The translations under genes were made by a program, and so were the position numbers. A DNA stretch of 63,465 bases, the filler included, from Sluysia triapertura (taxonomy: Eukaryota), in assembly GCA_046118255.1 (NCBI GenBank). It is 5 parts of 5 records of this genome, joined end to end, with 100 filler letters (N's around TTAATTAATTAA, not from the genome) between each part and the next. Parts side by side here need not be neighbours in the genome. Positions count along the whole stretch, not along the records: positions 10,888 to 23,541 come from JBJNIA010091788.1; positions 23,642 to 35,181 come from JBJNIA010183513.1; 3 more parts are not named here. The stretch is one strand, 5' to 3'. Positions 12,331-25,019 of this stretch are shown piece by piece (position 1 is the stretch's first letter; each line of letters starts with the position of its first letter). Under the pieces are notes generated by a model. The model did no database searches and was not told the origin of the DNA. It worked only from the letters and a program-made list of their open reading frames with translations.

Positions 12331-14790
12331 TTAATGATAAAACTTATAAAATTTCAGTTTTCCACTCAACACAAGCCTGTTTAAGGTCTTGTATGAAAAA
12401 TTAAATAATTTTATTCTTCTTAAGATGAATAGATAAACCCTATAAAATAAAAATTACTTGAGCATGGAGCACAAAAAGTTCTTCAAAAGTATTTTCGCCA
12501 AAAAATTTTACAACTAAAAACTTCTGTTTGAACTAAAAAAATTGCCTAAATATATACTGAATTTTGCAAAGCCATTTTGAAAATACTTACTAATGGTTAA
12601 ATTAAACAATTTTCTTTCTTCAAATTAATTTCTTAACATAAAAATTTTTTCTTAATAAAAACATTAAATGTATTAAATATTAAAATATTAAAAGTTAACT
12701 TTTAAAAATTTAATAAAGTATTTACATTTAAAATTTATTTAGAATATTAGGATTTATATTTTTTAAATATTAAACTTTATTTTAAATTAAAATTTATTTT
12801 ACTTAAAATTTATTATAATAAAAATAATCATTTATACACAAAAAATATTATACAAATTATACAAGAATATAAATTATTTTATATAAAAATATACATAAAA
12901 ATAAACTCTGACATCTAGAACAGTACCGAATTAATGATTTTTATGTCAGACTGAGTTATATAACGTGCTGCATAAACTGGTTCTGTCCATTTAAACTGTA
13001 TAATGTACGACGTGAAAAGATTCAAGTGGAAAAATTAATAAACTGGCTATGTGGTCAACAAATCTTCGAATAAATATTAAGATTTATAAGTAAAACTCTT
13101 CTTTGTGAGTACTTATGTGAATGAGTCTTCTTTATGTACTTTTCTCTTGGCATCCAGTGTACAGTAAATTTAGTAAACTAAATTTAATAAGTTCAGTTTA
13201 ATGCATTTTCAATTTTTTTTGCAATTAATTTAAGGCACTTCCTGTCTGATTTTAATTTTATTTATTTATTTTATAATTTGTTTAATAGTACTTTCCGTCT
13301 AGGTAAAGTTATTTTAACCATTTGTTTATTTTTAATTAATATTGTTTTTTAATTAATTTTTTAATTGATTATCTTTTTAATTGCAGGAGATTTCAGATAA
13401 TATACTAATTCAATTAATGAATGATAATTTTGATGAAATTTAGCAACCTTACAAAAATATTATTCCTGCGTGTTTATTAACTAGATCCAAATTATGCACA
13501 ATTATGGCAATTAATATTTAATACAAGGTCTTGTTGTATTGAGAATGTATCCGCAAGAAAATGGCCATATATGAGGAAGAACATAGTTTTCTAAACGAAT
13601 TAGAGCAAGTTTAAAATAGGAATTAAGATTGTGTTAAGATGATTAATTAAGATGATTGAGGCATAGTGCTAGATCGCCTCTGAAGATGGTAACATAGACT
13701 ATGTTCTTGTTGAGATTAACTGTTTTCTTTACGATTGCATTTTTCTGAATTAAGATCCAAGATTATTTATATGTAAGTATCGACAAATAACGTATTAAAA
13801 TTGTCTTTAAAACTTATTTGGAACGGGACTTTAAAATTTAATGTTAAGTTAATTTACACAATATTTTATGAAATCCCAATTATGATTGTTAACTTGTTTA
13901 CGTTTAAGTACGACTGTGTAACATTTGAATTTTATTGCAACTCTTATGGTCTTTATCATGCGTATATTTAATTATTTGTGAGATTTTAATTTATTTCTAT
14001 GAATTTTAACAAAGCACTACATTTTATAATTCGAACTAATTAGGGAACAATGTGATCCCTAAACATATATTTACAAGTAATAATAAAAAGACGTACGATT
14101 GTTATTCATAAAGTTATAAAATATGAATAAAGTGGCTTTATAATAATATGCAATCAGAATATGAGACTTACAAAAATGATTTTGTTATTATATAAAAAGG
14201 AATTGAATTATGACAATAAATGTTAGCTAGAAATTCAATTTTTATTGAAACAGTGTTTGCTGAAGCAATTTAGATATTGCTCCTATGTTTTAGAGTAATA
14301 TGATTCAGCCATAACTATCTTATTAAGTTAGATTGAACGGTTTAAGCAATGATTAGGTTTCCAACTATGATCTGATGTATTTGTCCTTTTGTTATTTAAA
14401 TACTGGTTAATTACTAATAATAATTCGAATAAAAATCTAGAATTTCAAAAAGATTTTTCTTCGATTGAATCCACACGTGAGGATATAGATTGATGCATTA
14501 TATAGTTGCTTAAATACCTTGGATTAACAAGTATTTTTTATCTTAGAATTTCTAATAATGTTTTTATGTTGCTCTGTCTAACTGGGTCAAAATCTAGTAG
14601 AAACTTAATCGAGTGTTGGTAGTAACATTTCTGTTTAAGGTGTTTTTTTAGTAATCCCAATTTTACATTCTAGTATCTTTTCAACATTTATATAAAAACT
14701 TTTTTCTTTAAACGTTAACTCGTTAGGTTTTGTCAAGTTGTAAATTTTATGTTTTATTTTTATGTCAATTTAATTGTAAAATTTATTTTA

Positions 14791-15650
14791 TATGGTGGCC
14801 AACCCAATAATTTGAAATTTTACATCAATAAAATTAACAATCACTCTTTAGAATATTTCATAATTGCTATTACCTTCAAACATTTTAAACATAAAATTTC
14901 ATAACATCAAAATCATATTCGACATCGAAAGTCATCAAATATATACTTAAAAATCTATTTAAAACATTTTTAAATTTAATTCAACATAGCGCACATTCCA
15001 TAATATTCTAACTATTTTTCCATGAAAAAACTTTTTCATATTTTATTCCTTTCAGAACCACTAAAACTAAACATTTTAAATTTACAACCCTACTACACCA
15101 AAACCACATCTACATTCAAAACCATTAATGCACATTAAATTTTATTCAAAACATTTTAAATTCACAAGTTTTCAACATCCAAACTTTACCTTCAGTCAAA
15201 ACCATCAATATATATTTAAAAATTCATTTAAAACATTTTATTCATTATTTCATAAAATCAGAATTACAATTTACATCTTAAATCATCAATATATTTAAAA
15301 ATTTATTTAAAACAATTTTATTAGAATCTCAATTTACACCTTAAATTTGAAAACATATATCTTAGAATTGACTCAAAACATTTCCAGTGCTCAATTCATT
15401 CACACTCAATCATTTACACCTTTTAATCGTTTTTAGTATTTTTGAGTCAACAAATTCCACCTTTTCTAAATTCATTTATCTATATGTTAAGGATGAGAAT
15501 CAAATATAATAAAGATCATGTTTATTATATTAAGAAAGATTTATGTGTCTAATTTTTCGTCATTACATCATTATTATTTTATTTATTTATTATTATTATT
15601 TTTCATGCTATTATTATTTTTAATTTCTCATTATTACTAACAACAATTTT
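14791..15650 (+). mobile_element. TGTGG-module, copy C
   Basis: TATGGTGGCCAACC head, ACATTTTAAA-rich body, shared 3' AAAGATTTATGTGT segment. Confidence 0.55.
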
Positions 15651-15767
15651 AATTTATTTTCTGTCAAGTTTTACGTTTCTGAATTATTTGCTGCTAAAAC
15701 TGCATGGTGACAGGCATGCATCTGAAATATAATACACACTAATTTGGATAATTTTACAGAACAATTA

Positions 15768-15832
15768 ATTGGGCGTCCAATCAAAGCTAATTCTCCATAA
15801 TTATTGTGATCTATGAGGATTGGGTGTCCAAT
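15768..15832. promoter_or_regulatory. Paired ATTGG-N4-CCAAT palindromes
   Basis: ATTGGGCGTCCAAT (15768) and ATTGGGTGTCCAAT (15819), 51 bp apart, upstream of a decayed ORF at 16056. Confidence 0.45.
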
Positions 15833-16055
15833 CAAGATAGACAACAGCAAATTAAAAATAGTTGCAATTTTAGTGTTACGAGGCACAAATTAAAAAATTA
15901 AAAATTTAATTAGAAAACAATTTTGATTCTTATATTCACGTCACTATGTAATATCCAGTTATCGTATTATTAGTGAATCCGGTAATGCACACTATTTTTA
16001 TGATCCATGAATTTCAACAATAGGCATACAAAAAACATTTAGTTCTCCATTATAA

Positions 16056-16600
16056 ATGTCGTTCAAATATTTTATTAGAAATATAGTACTCGATTTTCAA
16101 ATAATAAAATTTAGTTATGTTATGTATTCTGTTAACGGCAAGCAAATAAAAGATAGTAGATTCGAAGATGGATGTTATGTAATTCCATATTTTAAAGACC
16201 AGAATTATTCAATAAATAATTTTGCTAACCCTAGGTTACTTATAAATAAAAAATTAGTTCTAGCTAGTATGTCTCATAAATTACACGTTGCATTGTTATA
16301 ACCTTGTATTGTTGAAGGTTATAAACCTTTTGAATAATGAAATTAATTAAATCTATGTTAGATTAGTTCAAGTACAAAATATTAGTACAAAAAGTTTAAC
16401 TGCACCATTATACCCATCTCAATTAAAAGAAGTCACTACGATTAGTAAAAACGATAAAAAAAAGTCATAATTTTAGGTCTAAATCAAGCCTATGTATTTA
16501 ATTACAAAATGCTAAAGCAAGATAAAAGTGCTGATAGATTAATAACAACAATTGATGATCAAATTACAATAATACCTATTAATGTATTTGTGGAAATTTT
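16056..16600 (+). pseudogene. Decayed coding sequence of unknown family
   Basis: 81-aa ORF with codon-like continuation through stops; truncated by the repeat starting at 16639. Confidence 0.25.
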
Positions 16601-16638
16601 AGTTAAATTAAATTAAATTAAAGTACGACTTATTTTAG

Positions 16639-17497
16639 TGAGTCCTCTATGATACTGAGCTTATTCACTTAAGGGCCAGTACATAAATCTTTTGTAGCTT
16701 TGAAGAAAGATAAGGATTTAGGTCTTTGTGTTGTTTTTAATTCTATTAAATTTAAATATTATTGAGATAACTTAATGGACAACTTATTCTAACAGACGTT
16801 GAATGATTGTTCAACTATTGAAATTTTTACTCGATATTAAACTAAATGTACTTCTCGGAATTTATTTACTGACTGAAATAATACAAAAATTTATTAAAGT
16901 AACTTATAACACGTAAATATACAAAATACCAATTCAATAGACACAAAGTATATAATGTTTATAAATACACAAAACTAAAACGAATGATCAACTATACACA
17001 AAAGTTTGTAGACAAAAGAGTATATTATAATTAAGTCCTTAGGGCGTAACTAAGCCAATTAATTTTTGTAATATTATTGTGGTAAATAATATATGTTTTG
17101 TAATATTATTACAATAAATAATATTAATTCAATTTATGAATTTATGTATAAAAATATTTAAATTGTTAAAAATATTAATTTACTAATTAATATTTGACTG
17201 TTGAAGTTTATAAAATATTTTATATAGTACGAAAGTTTACAAAAATATTTAAAATGTTAAGTAAAGTTTATATTGACTTTAAATTTATAACTTAGTAATA
17301 ATAATAACTAACGATTAAGCAGAAACGACTATGAAATCAAATTATTCTTTATAATCTTCTTCTTTAAATAATTTCTTAAAATATTATCTCTTGAATAATT
17401 TTCTTCAATATAAATTTCTTCAAATATTGATTATTAATTCTTCTTTTAATCTCCTCCAAATAAAATTTTAAAACTTTGTTGTGAAGTTATTATTTCA
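16639..17497 (-). mobile_element. LTR-like repeat (TGA...TCA) abutting a minus-strand polypurine tract
   Basis: The left end TGAGTCCTCTATGA..GCTTA..CACTTAAG recurs at 39393. The right end ...TTTCA is followed by AATTCCCCCTTTA (minus strand TAAAGGGGGAATT-TG). Confidence 0.5.
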
Positions 17498-19104
17498 AAT
17501 TCCCCCTTTATATACAATCAACAAGAAATCAATTTAAACAATATTTTTATTTTGTTTTAATAATAATAATTTTTTAAATATTTATTTATATTTTATGTTT
17601 TAATAATAATAGAAAAATTTTTTAAATATTTTTAATAAAATATTTTAATAAAATTTTTTAATAAAATATTTTTAAAATATATATATATATTTTAATATAA
17701 TAATTGTAAAAAATATAAATATATAATAATTTGATATTATTTATTTAAGATAAAAAACTAAAAATACTAATAAACATACTAAAAATTAAAAATTCTAAAA
17801 ATGCCTTTACAAAGCAAAGAGTTTATAAAAGAGATATAAAAGTTTCATTAGAAGATATAAGAATGGCATTATCTATGTACAAATCTAAGAAATATATGTC
17901 GCATATAACAAATAATATGGAACACATGGTCTTACTTCCAGAAACGCGTAAATTTGAAGCTAACAGCTTCAAAATTATTTGACAGGCTTAGCCATAGCAC
18001 TTATAACTAAATAGATCATGCGAAGAAAAATAACTGGAATATTTTTGTTAATTGCTTTAGATGACATAGGAAAATATTCACAAAAAAGGTTAAATGTAAG
18101 AAAACAGAAACCCCAACTGTATACGAATTTTCTTGCGCACTTAAGTGTTTAGTGGCAAGAGCAGAAACTTCTAGAAGAAAGAAAGAAAATAACTTTAAAA
18201 GATAAATTCAAAAGTGGATTACGCCCTGAAATAAGGATTTATGTAAGTTTAATAGATAATTAATCTTTTAAAGAAATAGTTAAAAAATTAAGAAGTATGG
18301 AAAGATCAGGTATTGAAGAAAACGATAATATAAGTTATATAAGTAATAATATTAATATAAATACTAGTAATTTAAAAGAAGAATCATATAAGAATAAAAG
18401 TTTCGAAGAAATTATTAGCCTTCAGGAAATAATTATACAGGTTATAGAAATAACATAAACAATTTCGGCTCAAGAAGTAAATACAACAAGAGGATTTGAA
18501 AGAAATTATCTAAGCAACGAGAGTTCGAACAAAGACCATTGACCAGATGGCCAAAAGCCAAGATAATAATTTTACAAAAAGAAGTAAAAGCCTTGGTAGA
18601 AACAACAATAATGAAGGAACTAGTAAATCTAAGGTTCAGACAAACATAAAGGAAGAAGTAATTTGTCACAATCGAGCAACTAATATCTAATACTTTTACT
18701 TGAGAATTAAATAAGATACAACCACTGAAACACGGCTACGGTAAGAAAAGTAAGATTCGATAAGGGAAATGATAAGGATAGTAATGATTCTTATAATTAT
18801 AATTAAATTATAATTACTACAATATGTAAGACAAAAGAAGACAAGTTTCGATGAAGATTACGAAGAGAGCGAATAAGGAAAGGTTCTAGGTAGTCTAACA
18901 GAAGAAGAAGTAAGAGTATTACAGGAGTTCCAAAGAATGAAGGTAGACAATGATGATTGGGAGGAAAGAAAAGATAAGTCAAAAAGAAAGAACGAAGAAG
19001 AAAATGAAACGTTTATAAATTATCTGTACGATTATTTTCTAAAATTTTTGAAGAGAAGACAGGAAAAGAAAAATACGAGTTTGAGATTAAAAAAAGGGAT
19101 ATAC

Positions 19105-19263
19105 TGTTGGGGTAAAAAAAAGCCTAAGGTGCCATTTGGTAAAATTGACAATAATAAAATAAAACTGTTAGACGGAGCTAATAGCTTAGTGGTAGAGCAT
19201 TCGAACTGCGCAGCGAAGGTCCCGGGTTCGATCCCCGGTCAGTCCATTTTATGAAGTCTAACA
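19105..19263 (+). mobile_element. 159-bp tRNA-containing element (solo-LTR/TRIM-like), copy 1
   Basis: TGTT...AACA termini; ATAC target-site duplication (19101-19104/19264-19267); same length and layout as 25811-25969. Confidence 0.85.
19175..19246 (+). tRNA. tRNA-like Pol III unit (Ala-like consensus, 8-nt anticodon loop), probably element-borne pseudo-tRNA
   Basis: A box TAGCTTAGTGG, B box GGTTCGATCC, D and T stems pair, loop ACTGCGCA, followed by TTTT. Mismatches in the acceptor and anticodon stems. Confidence 0.7.
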
Positions 19264-20142
19264 ATACTTGAAATAGAAAAATATAGAAAAAGAATAGACG
19301 TATGGGATAGATGTGAAAACAAATAAAGATGTAATATTGGAAAATAACCAGGAAAATGATTCAAAAGGGAACGAGGAAGAAATACCTGAAGAAGAAATAT
19401 CTGAGAAAATGTATTTATTTGAAGAATAAACAAGCTTAAGTGAGGATGAAAAAAAGATGACACTAATGAAATAGACTCTGAAATCTTAAGCGAAATCCAA
19501 TAACAATCTTAGTTAATGAAGAAAGAGAACGAAACACTCCAGAATCAAAGGATAAATAAGGAAGTACAAATGTTTCTTACAGACTTACGAAGAGGTATAG
19601 AAGAAGCAAAGAATATAGATAAGAATATAGACGAGTTACTTATTTGAGAGATGACAAAGTAATTTAGTAATTTTATGTCTAGAAGATAGTCCATATAAGA
19701 TAAAAACTCGAAAATTATTAAAGTAAATTTTGCTAAATAGAAAGAATGGAATATCCTAAGGCTTTAATGGGAATTAATGTAACAATCAATGAATCAATAA
19801 ACGTTTTTATGGAGTTTCCGGAGACTACATTGGTAGAAGAAGTTATCGACGTCATTAAGGTGAATGACGCATCAATAATAAATGTGAAATTTATTACCAG
19901 ACGAATACTTAAATTATTATGGTTGTCCTTTAGGAAAGCACAACTATATATTAAAAGTTTTCATTGAATATGCAATCCAAAATAAACCTATATGTGGAGG
20001 GATTTGTCTTTTTTAAGTTTAAAAAATTATTAAAAACATTAAAATTTTCAATTAATGATGAACAATTTAAACAAATCATCGAAACAATTAACAAAATAGG
20101 CTTAAGACCTTTTAAAAACAATTTTGAAAATAAACCAAGATT

Positions 20143-20609
20143 TTAATGCGATATATTAAGAAACAAGAAAAATTTTATAAATACAAATATAACCGCTAAT
20201 ATAATGTTATAGAAGTTTGGTATTGCCTGATTAACTGACAGACTGCCTACTGTTACCATGAGGAAAACCAAGACTATGTTACCTCCAGTGAGTAGATTTA
20301 CTTTGTAAGCTTCTATTAGTTTGTCATTTAAAATCATGAACTATAGTATGAATTGAACTATAGTATGACTAGCACACAACCGATTAAACTACATGTAAAC
20401 AGTTGTCCAATGATGAATATTTCATCACAAAATTCTTTAAACTCATTAATAGTTGAAATATTTGTTTTAATTTTTGAATACTTAAACCAATTATTCGAAT
20501 AAAAATCATACTTATGTAAAGAAAAATCGTAACGTAAGACATTATTTGTTTGTGCATAAATCACTTCATTTCTACAATATGTACTAAACATCATCCAGCC
20601 TAAATCCAT
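20143..20609 (-). pseudogene. Multi-pass membrane protein-like ORF split by one stop
   Basis: ORFs 20358-20609 and 20143-20337 contain three hydrophobic stretches; no family recognised. Confidence 0.3.
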
Positions 20610-21136
20610 GAGAAATTATCAATGTTATTAAATGTTAATACACATAATTAACCACTTAACAGTCGGATTTTTTTGAGAAAATTGGTAAAAAACTGTCACT
20701 CTTTTATTTTTATGTTGTGTCTTTTATACTTTTTATTTCGCAAATTACAAATCAAAACCCAACAATTGAACAACTTCAGAATCTCGATATATTTTTTGAA
20801 TAATCAAAAATTACAATTTAAAAAATAATAATTATTCTTTATGACAACAACAATATAAAATACTCTCTAAAACAAAATACAAACTCTCTTTATATAAAAA
20901 TTTTAAATTACTCTCTATAACCACGTAAATTACTCTTTAAAAACAAATTAAAAAGCCAGGGGTGACACAACTTAAATCCTTGCTCCCGATATTAATGCAA
21001 AATACACTCAATACAAAATAGATAACTAACCCTAATCCACCTCGAGTCATGCACAAGCTAAACTATTACTTAAAATTTTTATATAAGTTTAGGATTTATT
21101 ATATATATTTTTTATTTTTAGTTAAAACAATTAGCA

Positions 21137-21442
21137 ATGTCTTTTTCCACTTGTGCCATTTGTCTCCGTTTTCTTCGCAAATACTTTGCTAAAACTTCCC
21201 CTTGCTTTCACCGCTTTCATTTCTTTTGTCTCTACCATCTCTTCGAATCCTCTCCATTACCTTTACCAAGTTGTCTCTTATGCAGAGCCACTATTAATAA
21301 GTGCGACATTTATTACAAACGCTGCTTCCGACGATCGTACGAATTCGCAGTCAAATATATAACCGACGACTCGGAAGAAACCGGTATTTATGTATATCAA
21401 CCGGCATCGCCTATAAAGGAAAAAAGCCTTAGTAAGAATTGA
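21137..21442 (+). CDS. RING-H2 (C3H2C3) zinc-finger protein, putative E3 ubiquitin ligase
   Basis: CAIC-x13-C-F-H-RF-H-FF-C-x14-CLLCR: all eight ligands present with canonical spacing, directly after an ATG. Confidence 0.8.
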   Translation: MSFSTCAICLRFLRKYFAKTSPCFHRFHFFCLYHLFESSPLPLPSCLLCRATINKCDIYYKRCFRRSYEFAVKYITDDSEETGIYVYQPASPIKEKSLSKN

Positions 21443-21683
21443 TGGATAAGACCTCCCCCTAACTTCTCGTCAGGTTTATCCAAATCACAAAGACACAACA
21501 GACGAAGGCGTCAATTAAAACATTTTATAAAGAAAAAGAAGCAAATATGTCTAAAGCTCCGAAACCTATTAATCCCTTTTTAAAGAGAAAACATTAGCTC
21601 TTCCTAACTTATTTTATTATGTTATATTATTATATGATTTTAAATATTGACAAAAAATAGCCTACTTATTTAAATTATTTTTC

Positions 21684-22463
21684 TTGTATAATTTTTATTT
21701 TTCCTTCCTTTTATCTTCAATCACATCCAAGCAAAACTACTTGACCAACAAAAAATTTTTACGTATATATCGATCGCTATTGCCACGAAAGTATTACCTC
21801 TGCTTTTTTTCTGCGACTCGGTCTCGACACCCATCACCTATATTTTCATTAAAACCAGAATCCCCATTTGTCTCGCTTGATGGTCTTTCGCAAGTTCCCG
21901 AAACTATAACTTCTCTTTACTTAGTTGTTGCCAGGGGCGTTGTAAAAGTTACCTTAATCGAAAACGGCATACCATTTCTGGCTCGAGTTCATGGTTTCAA
22001 TTCGTTACATATTACTAATTTGAACAAAAAGTGTAACGTGATAATTGAAGCAACAGAATATCCCAATTCAATCGCACTGCTTTTCCCTTTGTCTACATCT
22101 ATCTTCCAATCTTTTCTTCCAAATTTATATAAAAACGACACAATAAACTTGGCACGCTGGCAGAACGGAACATCTTTTACTCATGTTCCCCCAATGACTG
22201 CCTACGACGAAGATCGTCTAGTCTTTGTGGCTTATTCCTACGCCCACGATTTTCTTAATTGCCCGCACTTAACTCAATTGTCTTGTATCCCTTATTCGAA
22301 ACAGTTTCATACTGATATTAACATTAAACCTCGTCTCCGAATAAAGAAGTTTTTGAGAGATATCCAGGAGATCAAGGATTCGGACATCTCCGAGGCTAAA
22401 GACATTGATGATGTCCCCCCCTTCTTACTGGGTCATCTGCATGATAAAATCATGGTGTTTTGA
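21684..22463 (+). CDS. Orphan ORF (259 aa) in LTR-element 3' region
   Basis: Longest ORF of the window, locally GC-elevated, globular-looking; true start uncertain. Confidence 0.55.
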   Translation: MYNFYFSFLLSSITSKQNYLTNKKFLRIYRSLLPRKYYLCFFSATRSRHPSPIFSLKPESPFVSLDGLSQVPETITSLYLVVARGVVKVTLIENGIPFLARVHGFNSLHITNLNKKCNVIIEATEYPNSIALLFPLSTSIFQSFLPNLYKNDTINLARWQNGTSFTHVPPMTAYDEDRLVFVAYSYAHDFLNCPHLTQLSCIPYSKQFHTDINIKPRLRIKKFLRDIQEIKDSDISEAKDIDDVPPFLLGHLHDKIMVF

Positions 22464-23077
22464 ACCCATGTTTTGTCATTAAAAGCCTCAATTTGCCTTT
22501 TGGTTGGCTGAAAGGAGTCATCAACTTAACCAATCATAATCTTCTTTCTTATACAACTGACGATGCCATTTTACGTGGACGGCAAACCTTTAGGTTATTA
22601 TATCACGTACCACCCCGCATGACCTGCTCACGGATGGTTTTTGAGTTGGTTTCACTGTTGGATCTGATCCGTGAGAGGGACTTATCCTTTATCCCAAATT
22701 GCTCTCTTCCTCCCCCTTCACTCTTTTCTACTTCTAATACTACTAATAATGCTTTCATGGCACCATCACCATCATCATTATCAGTACCAACAACATCCTT
22801 AGTACCTGCGTCATCATCAACATCTATATTGCCATCATCATTCACACTTATGTCGACAGCACCAACTACTTCATCGTCATCAAACTCCGCCAATCCTTCC
22901 GAGTCTCGACCAACCAAACAACGTACTACTCGTAATACATCGCCGAGCCCTACGCAAATACGTACGGTGAGAACACGTCCTTTAAACCCTGGAAAAAAAG
23001 GACGCTATCAATCTATGACGAGTCCGGCCTATCCGTCGCCTTGGGATGACGACAGAGATGTTGACTTGGACAACTAA
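22460..23077 (+). CDS. Orphan ORF (205 aa) with Ser/Thr/Pro-rich disordered C-terminus; probable -1 continuation of 21684-22463
   Basis: Overlaps the previous ORF by 4 nt in the -1 frame, has the same composition, and ends ~130 bp before the PPT. Confidence 0.55.
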   Translation: MNPCFVIKSLNLPFGWLKGVINLTNHNLLSYTTDDAILRGRQTFRLLYHVPPRMTCSRMVFELVSLLDLIRERDLSFIPNCSLPPPSLFSTSNTTNNAFMAPSPSSLSVPTTSLVPASSSTSILPSSFTLMSTAPTTSSSSNSANPSESRPTKQRTTRNTSPSPTQIRTVRTRPLNPGKKGRYQSMTSPAYPSPWDDDRDVDLDN

Positions 23078-23187
23078 CTCATAATCATGACAACCACATT
23101 GTCTCTTTATCATGATTATTATTATACTCACTTTTTATACTTTATTTTAGTGATATGTATCGTCTATTTTTATTTTTTATGCGTTTC

Positions 23188-23222
23188 GATTCGAGACGAA
23201 TCTTCCCTGACGGGGAAGTAAA
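23188..23222 (+). promoter_or_regulatory. Gypsy-type 3' hairpin and polypurine tract
   Basis: GATTCG-AGA-CGAATC hairpin, then GACGGGGAAGTAAA immediately followed by TGT; typical TCGxGACGA...GGGG..TGT end of Ty3/gypsy internal regions. Confidence 0.7.
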
Positions 23223-23541
23223 TGTAAATATTTAAATATGTAAATTTTATGTAAATTTAATTTTTAATTTTTAATAATTTCTTAGTTTTGTATTAAATTA
23301 TGCAAATATATAAAAAATTATGCAAAATCAAATAAATGTAAATTAATTATTTAATAATTTTAATTCTAAAATTGAATATTTACATTAAATTATCACCGGA
23401 AATCCTTTTTAATTTTATTGAATTTTAGACTATTAAAATAAAATATTTATATAAAATTGACGAGAATCTGGAATATTTATGTAACGGAAATTTAAATATT
23501 TATTTAAAAATAAATGGCATATAAAAGCATATAAATAGAGC
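23223..23541 (+). mobile_element. 3' LTR (truncated by gap)
   Basis: Begins TGTAAA right after the PPT; AT-rich, with TATAAA/TATAAAT boxes near 23520-23537. Confidence 0.6.
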
Positions 23542-23641
23542 NNNNNNNNNNNNNNNNNNNNNNNNNNNNNNNNNNNNNNNNNNNNTTAATTAATTAANNN
23601 NNNNNNNNNNNNNNNNNNNNNNNNNNNNNNNNNNNNNNNNN
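23542..23641. other. Assembly gap with linker
   Basis: N-TTAATTAATTAA-N. Confidence 0.97.
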
Positions 23642-23710
23642 TGGTGTCAAAGTGGCGGCCCGCGGAGGCAAATCATGCGGCCCGTAAAGCAAAAAGGTTT
23701 GACACCACTG
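23642..23710. mobile_element. Miniature hAT (Buster/Charlie-type) MITE
   Basis: TGGTGTCAAA...TTTGACACCACTG terminal inverted repeats with internal GCGGCCCG motifs; left CAG is lost in the gap. Confidence 0.75.
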
Positions 23711-23749
23711 CCTTAAATTATAGCACTATATAAAAGACAATTTTACATG

Positions 23750-24440
23750 GAAAACGCAATGAAGATGTTTTACAATGAAATGATTTTACTACTAAAATGA
23801 AAGAAGAAATAATCTATATAAAAAGTAATTTTATCTAAATGTAACGCCCATTTAAAATTAACCAATCACATTGAAGGGAACAGATCAATGTAGAAATAAG
23901 TGTCACAGTATAGATCTACTTTACAAATTGAAATTTTTATTTGATTTTGAATCTATTATGTCACTTTAAACATCACTTTAATCTCGTGAAAACAATTTGG
24001 ATACAGAAATGTTGGATGATCAATTCAATGTAATGACATGAACGATTCACTATCAAAAGTACAAATGATATAACCAAATCATTCAAAAACTTCCTGTAGA
24101 ATTGACGAAATAATTTGTGATCATAAAGAAACTTGGATATCAACAGTGGTCTTGGAAATGGGATTCGTTTCATAGATTGTGAAGTTGTTAGTGGAAAACT
24201 TGTTTACTATCAAAATTAAGTTAGAACCAACGGATTATTTATTTTCCTTTAAACTTCAGCGAAAGCTATTTCTTATTCGCTTATCTTTTGCTAATAAATC
24301 TAAACTAATAAATCTCAAGGACAAATGTTTAACAAAGTTGGAATTCAACTGAATTCTCTCGTTATGTGTGGCGTTAAAGATTCTTTTGCCTGGAAATTAT
24401 TCACCAACCGCAAATATTGTTTATAAAGAGATATTTGAGT
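23750..24440 (+). mobile_element. Helitron RepHel PIF1-helicase remnant
   Basis: RNLDINSGLGNG (cf. LRNLD..GLCNGTR), FKLQRKLFLIRLSFA and NKSQGQMFNKVGI (cf. RRQFP.RLAFAMTINKSQGQT...VG); frameshifted. Confidence 0.85.
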
Positions 24441-25019
24441 AAAATTTTAGTTTATTTTAAGTGTATGAAATATTCATAGACACTGTAATGAAAAATTTGT
24501 TGAAATCAATATATTTATTGATAATTAACTGTAGCCTCCAATTTTTGTTTTTAGTGAATGATGAGGAAAAAAGTGTGCGTCAATGTGTTAAATAAAGAAT
24601 TCAATAAATTTTAAATAAATTAGGTATTAAATCCATATATTCAAGTATAATAGACTAACTGATTTATTGAACAATCATTTAAGATTATTTGTATTGTTAT
24701 GTACAAAGAAACGGAAAAGAAATTGCGTAAATATTGGACCAATTTTATTCTTAAAATTGAATTTATGATAAATAGCGCACTATTAGTGAAAAGCTAGATG
24801 AAATATTTTATAGAATATACTAAAACTATGGAATACAAGTATAACACAAATATAACACTAATATGAATAAAAAAAGAAAACACAAATAAAAAAGGAAAAT
24901 CGTAATTCAGATTCAGCAGAACTTATACCTAAAATTCATGATTGGCATAAAAGTAGTAAATTAAGAACATTTCTTTAAAAATTAATTAATTAGAGCAAGA
25001 TTGCGAAAAGGCCTAATTC

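Larger units (their letters stand above)
17801..20146 (+). mobile_element. gag: Decayed Ty3/gypsy gag (possible protease remnant downstream)
   Basis: Across frames: LTASKLFDRL...NWNIFVNCF, TVYEFSCALKCLVARA and KDKFKSGLRPEIRIYV, the typical retrotransposon capsid pattern. Many stops. No RT, RNase H or integrase motifs seen. Confidence 0.7.

Noticed and set aside
22603-22917. 104-aa acidic minus-strand ORF
   Set aside because: Antisense shadow of the Ser/Thr-rich ORF 22460-23077
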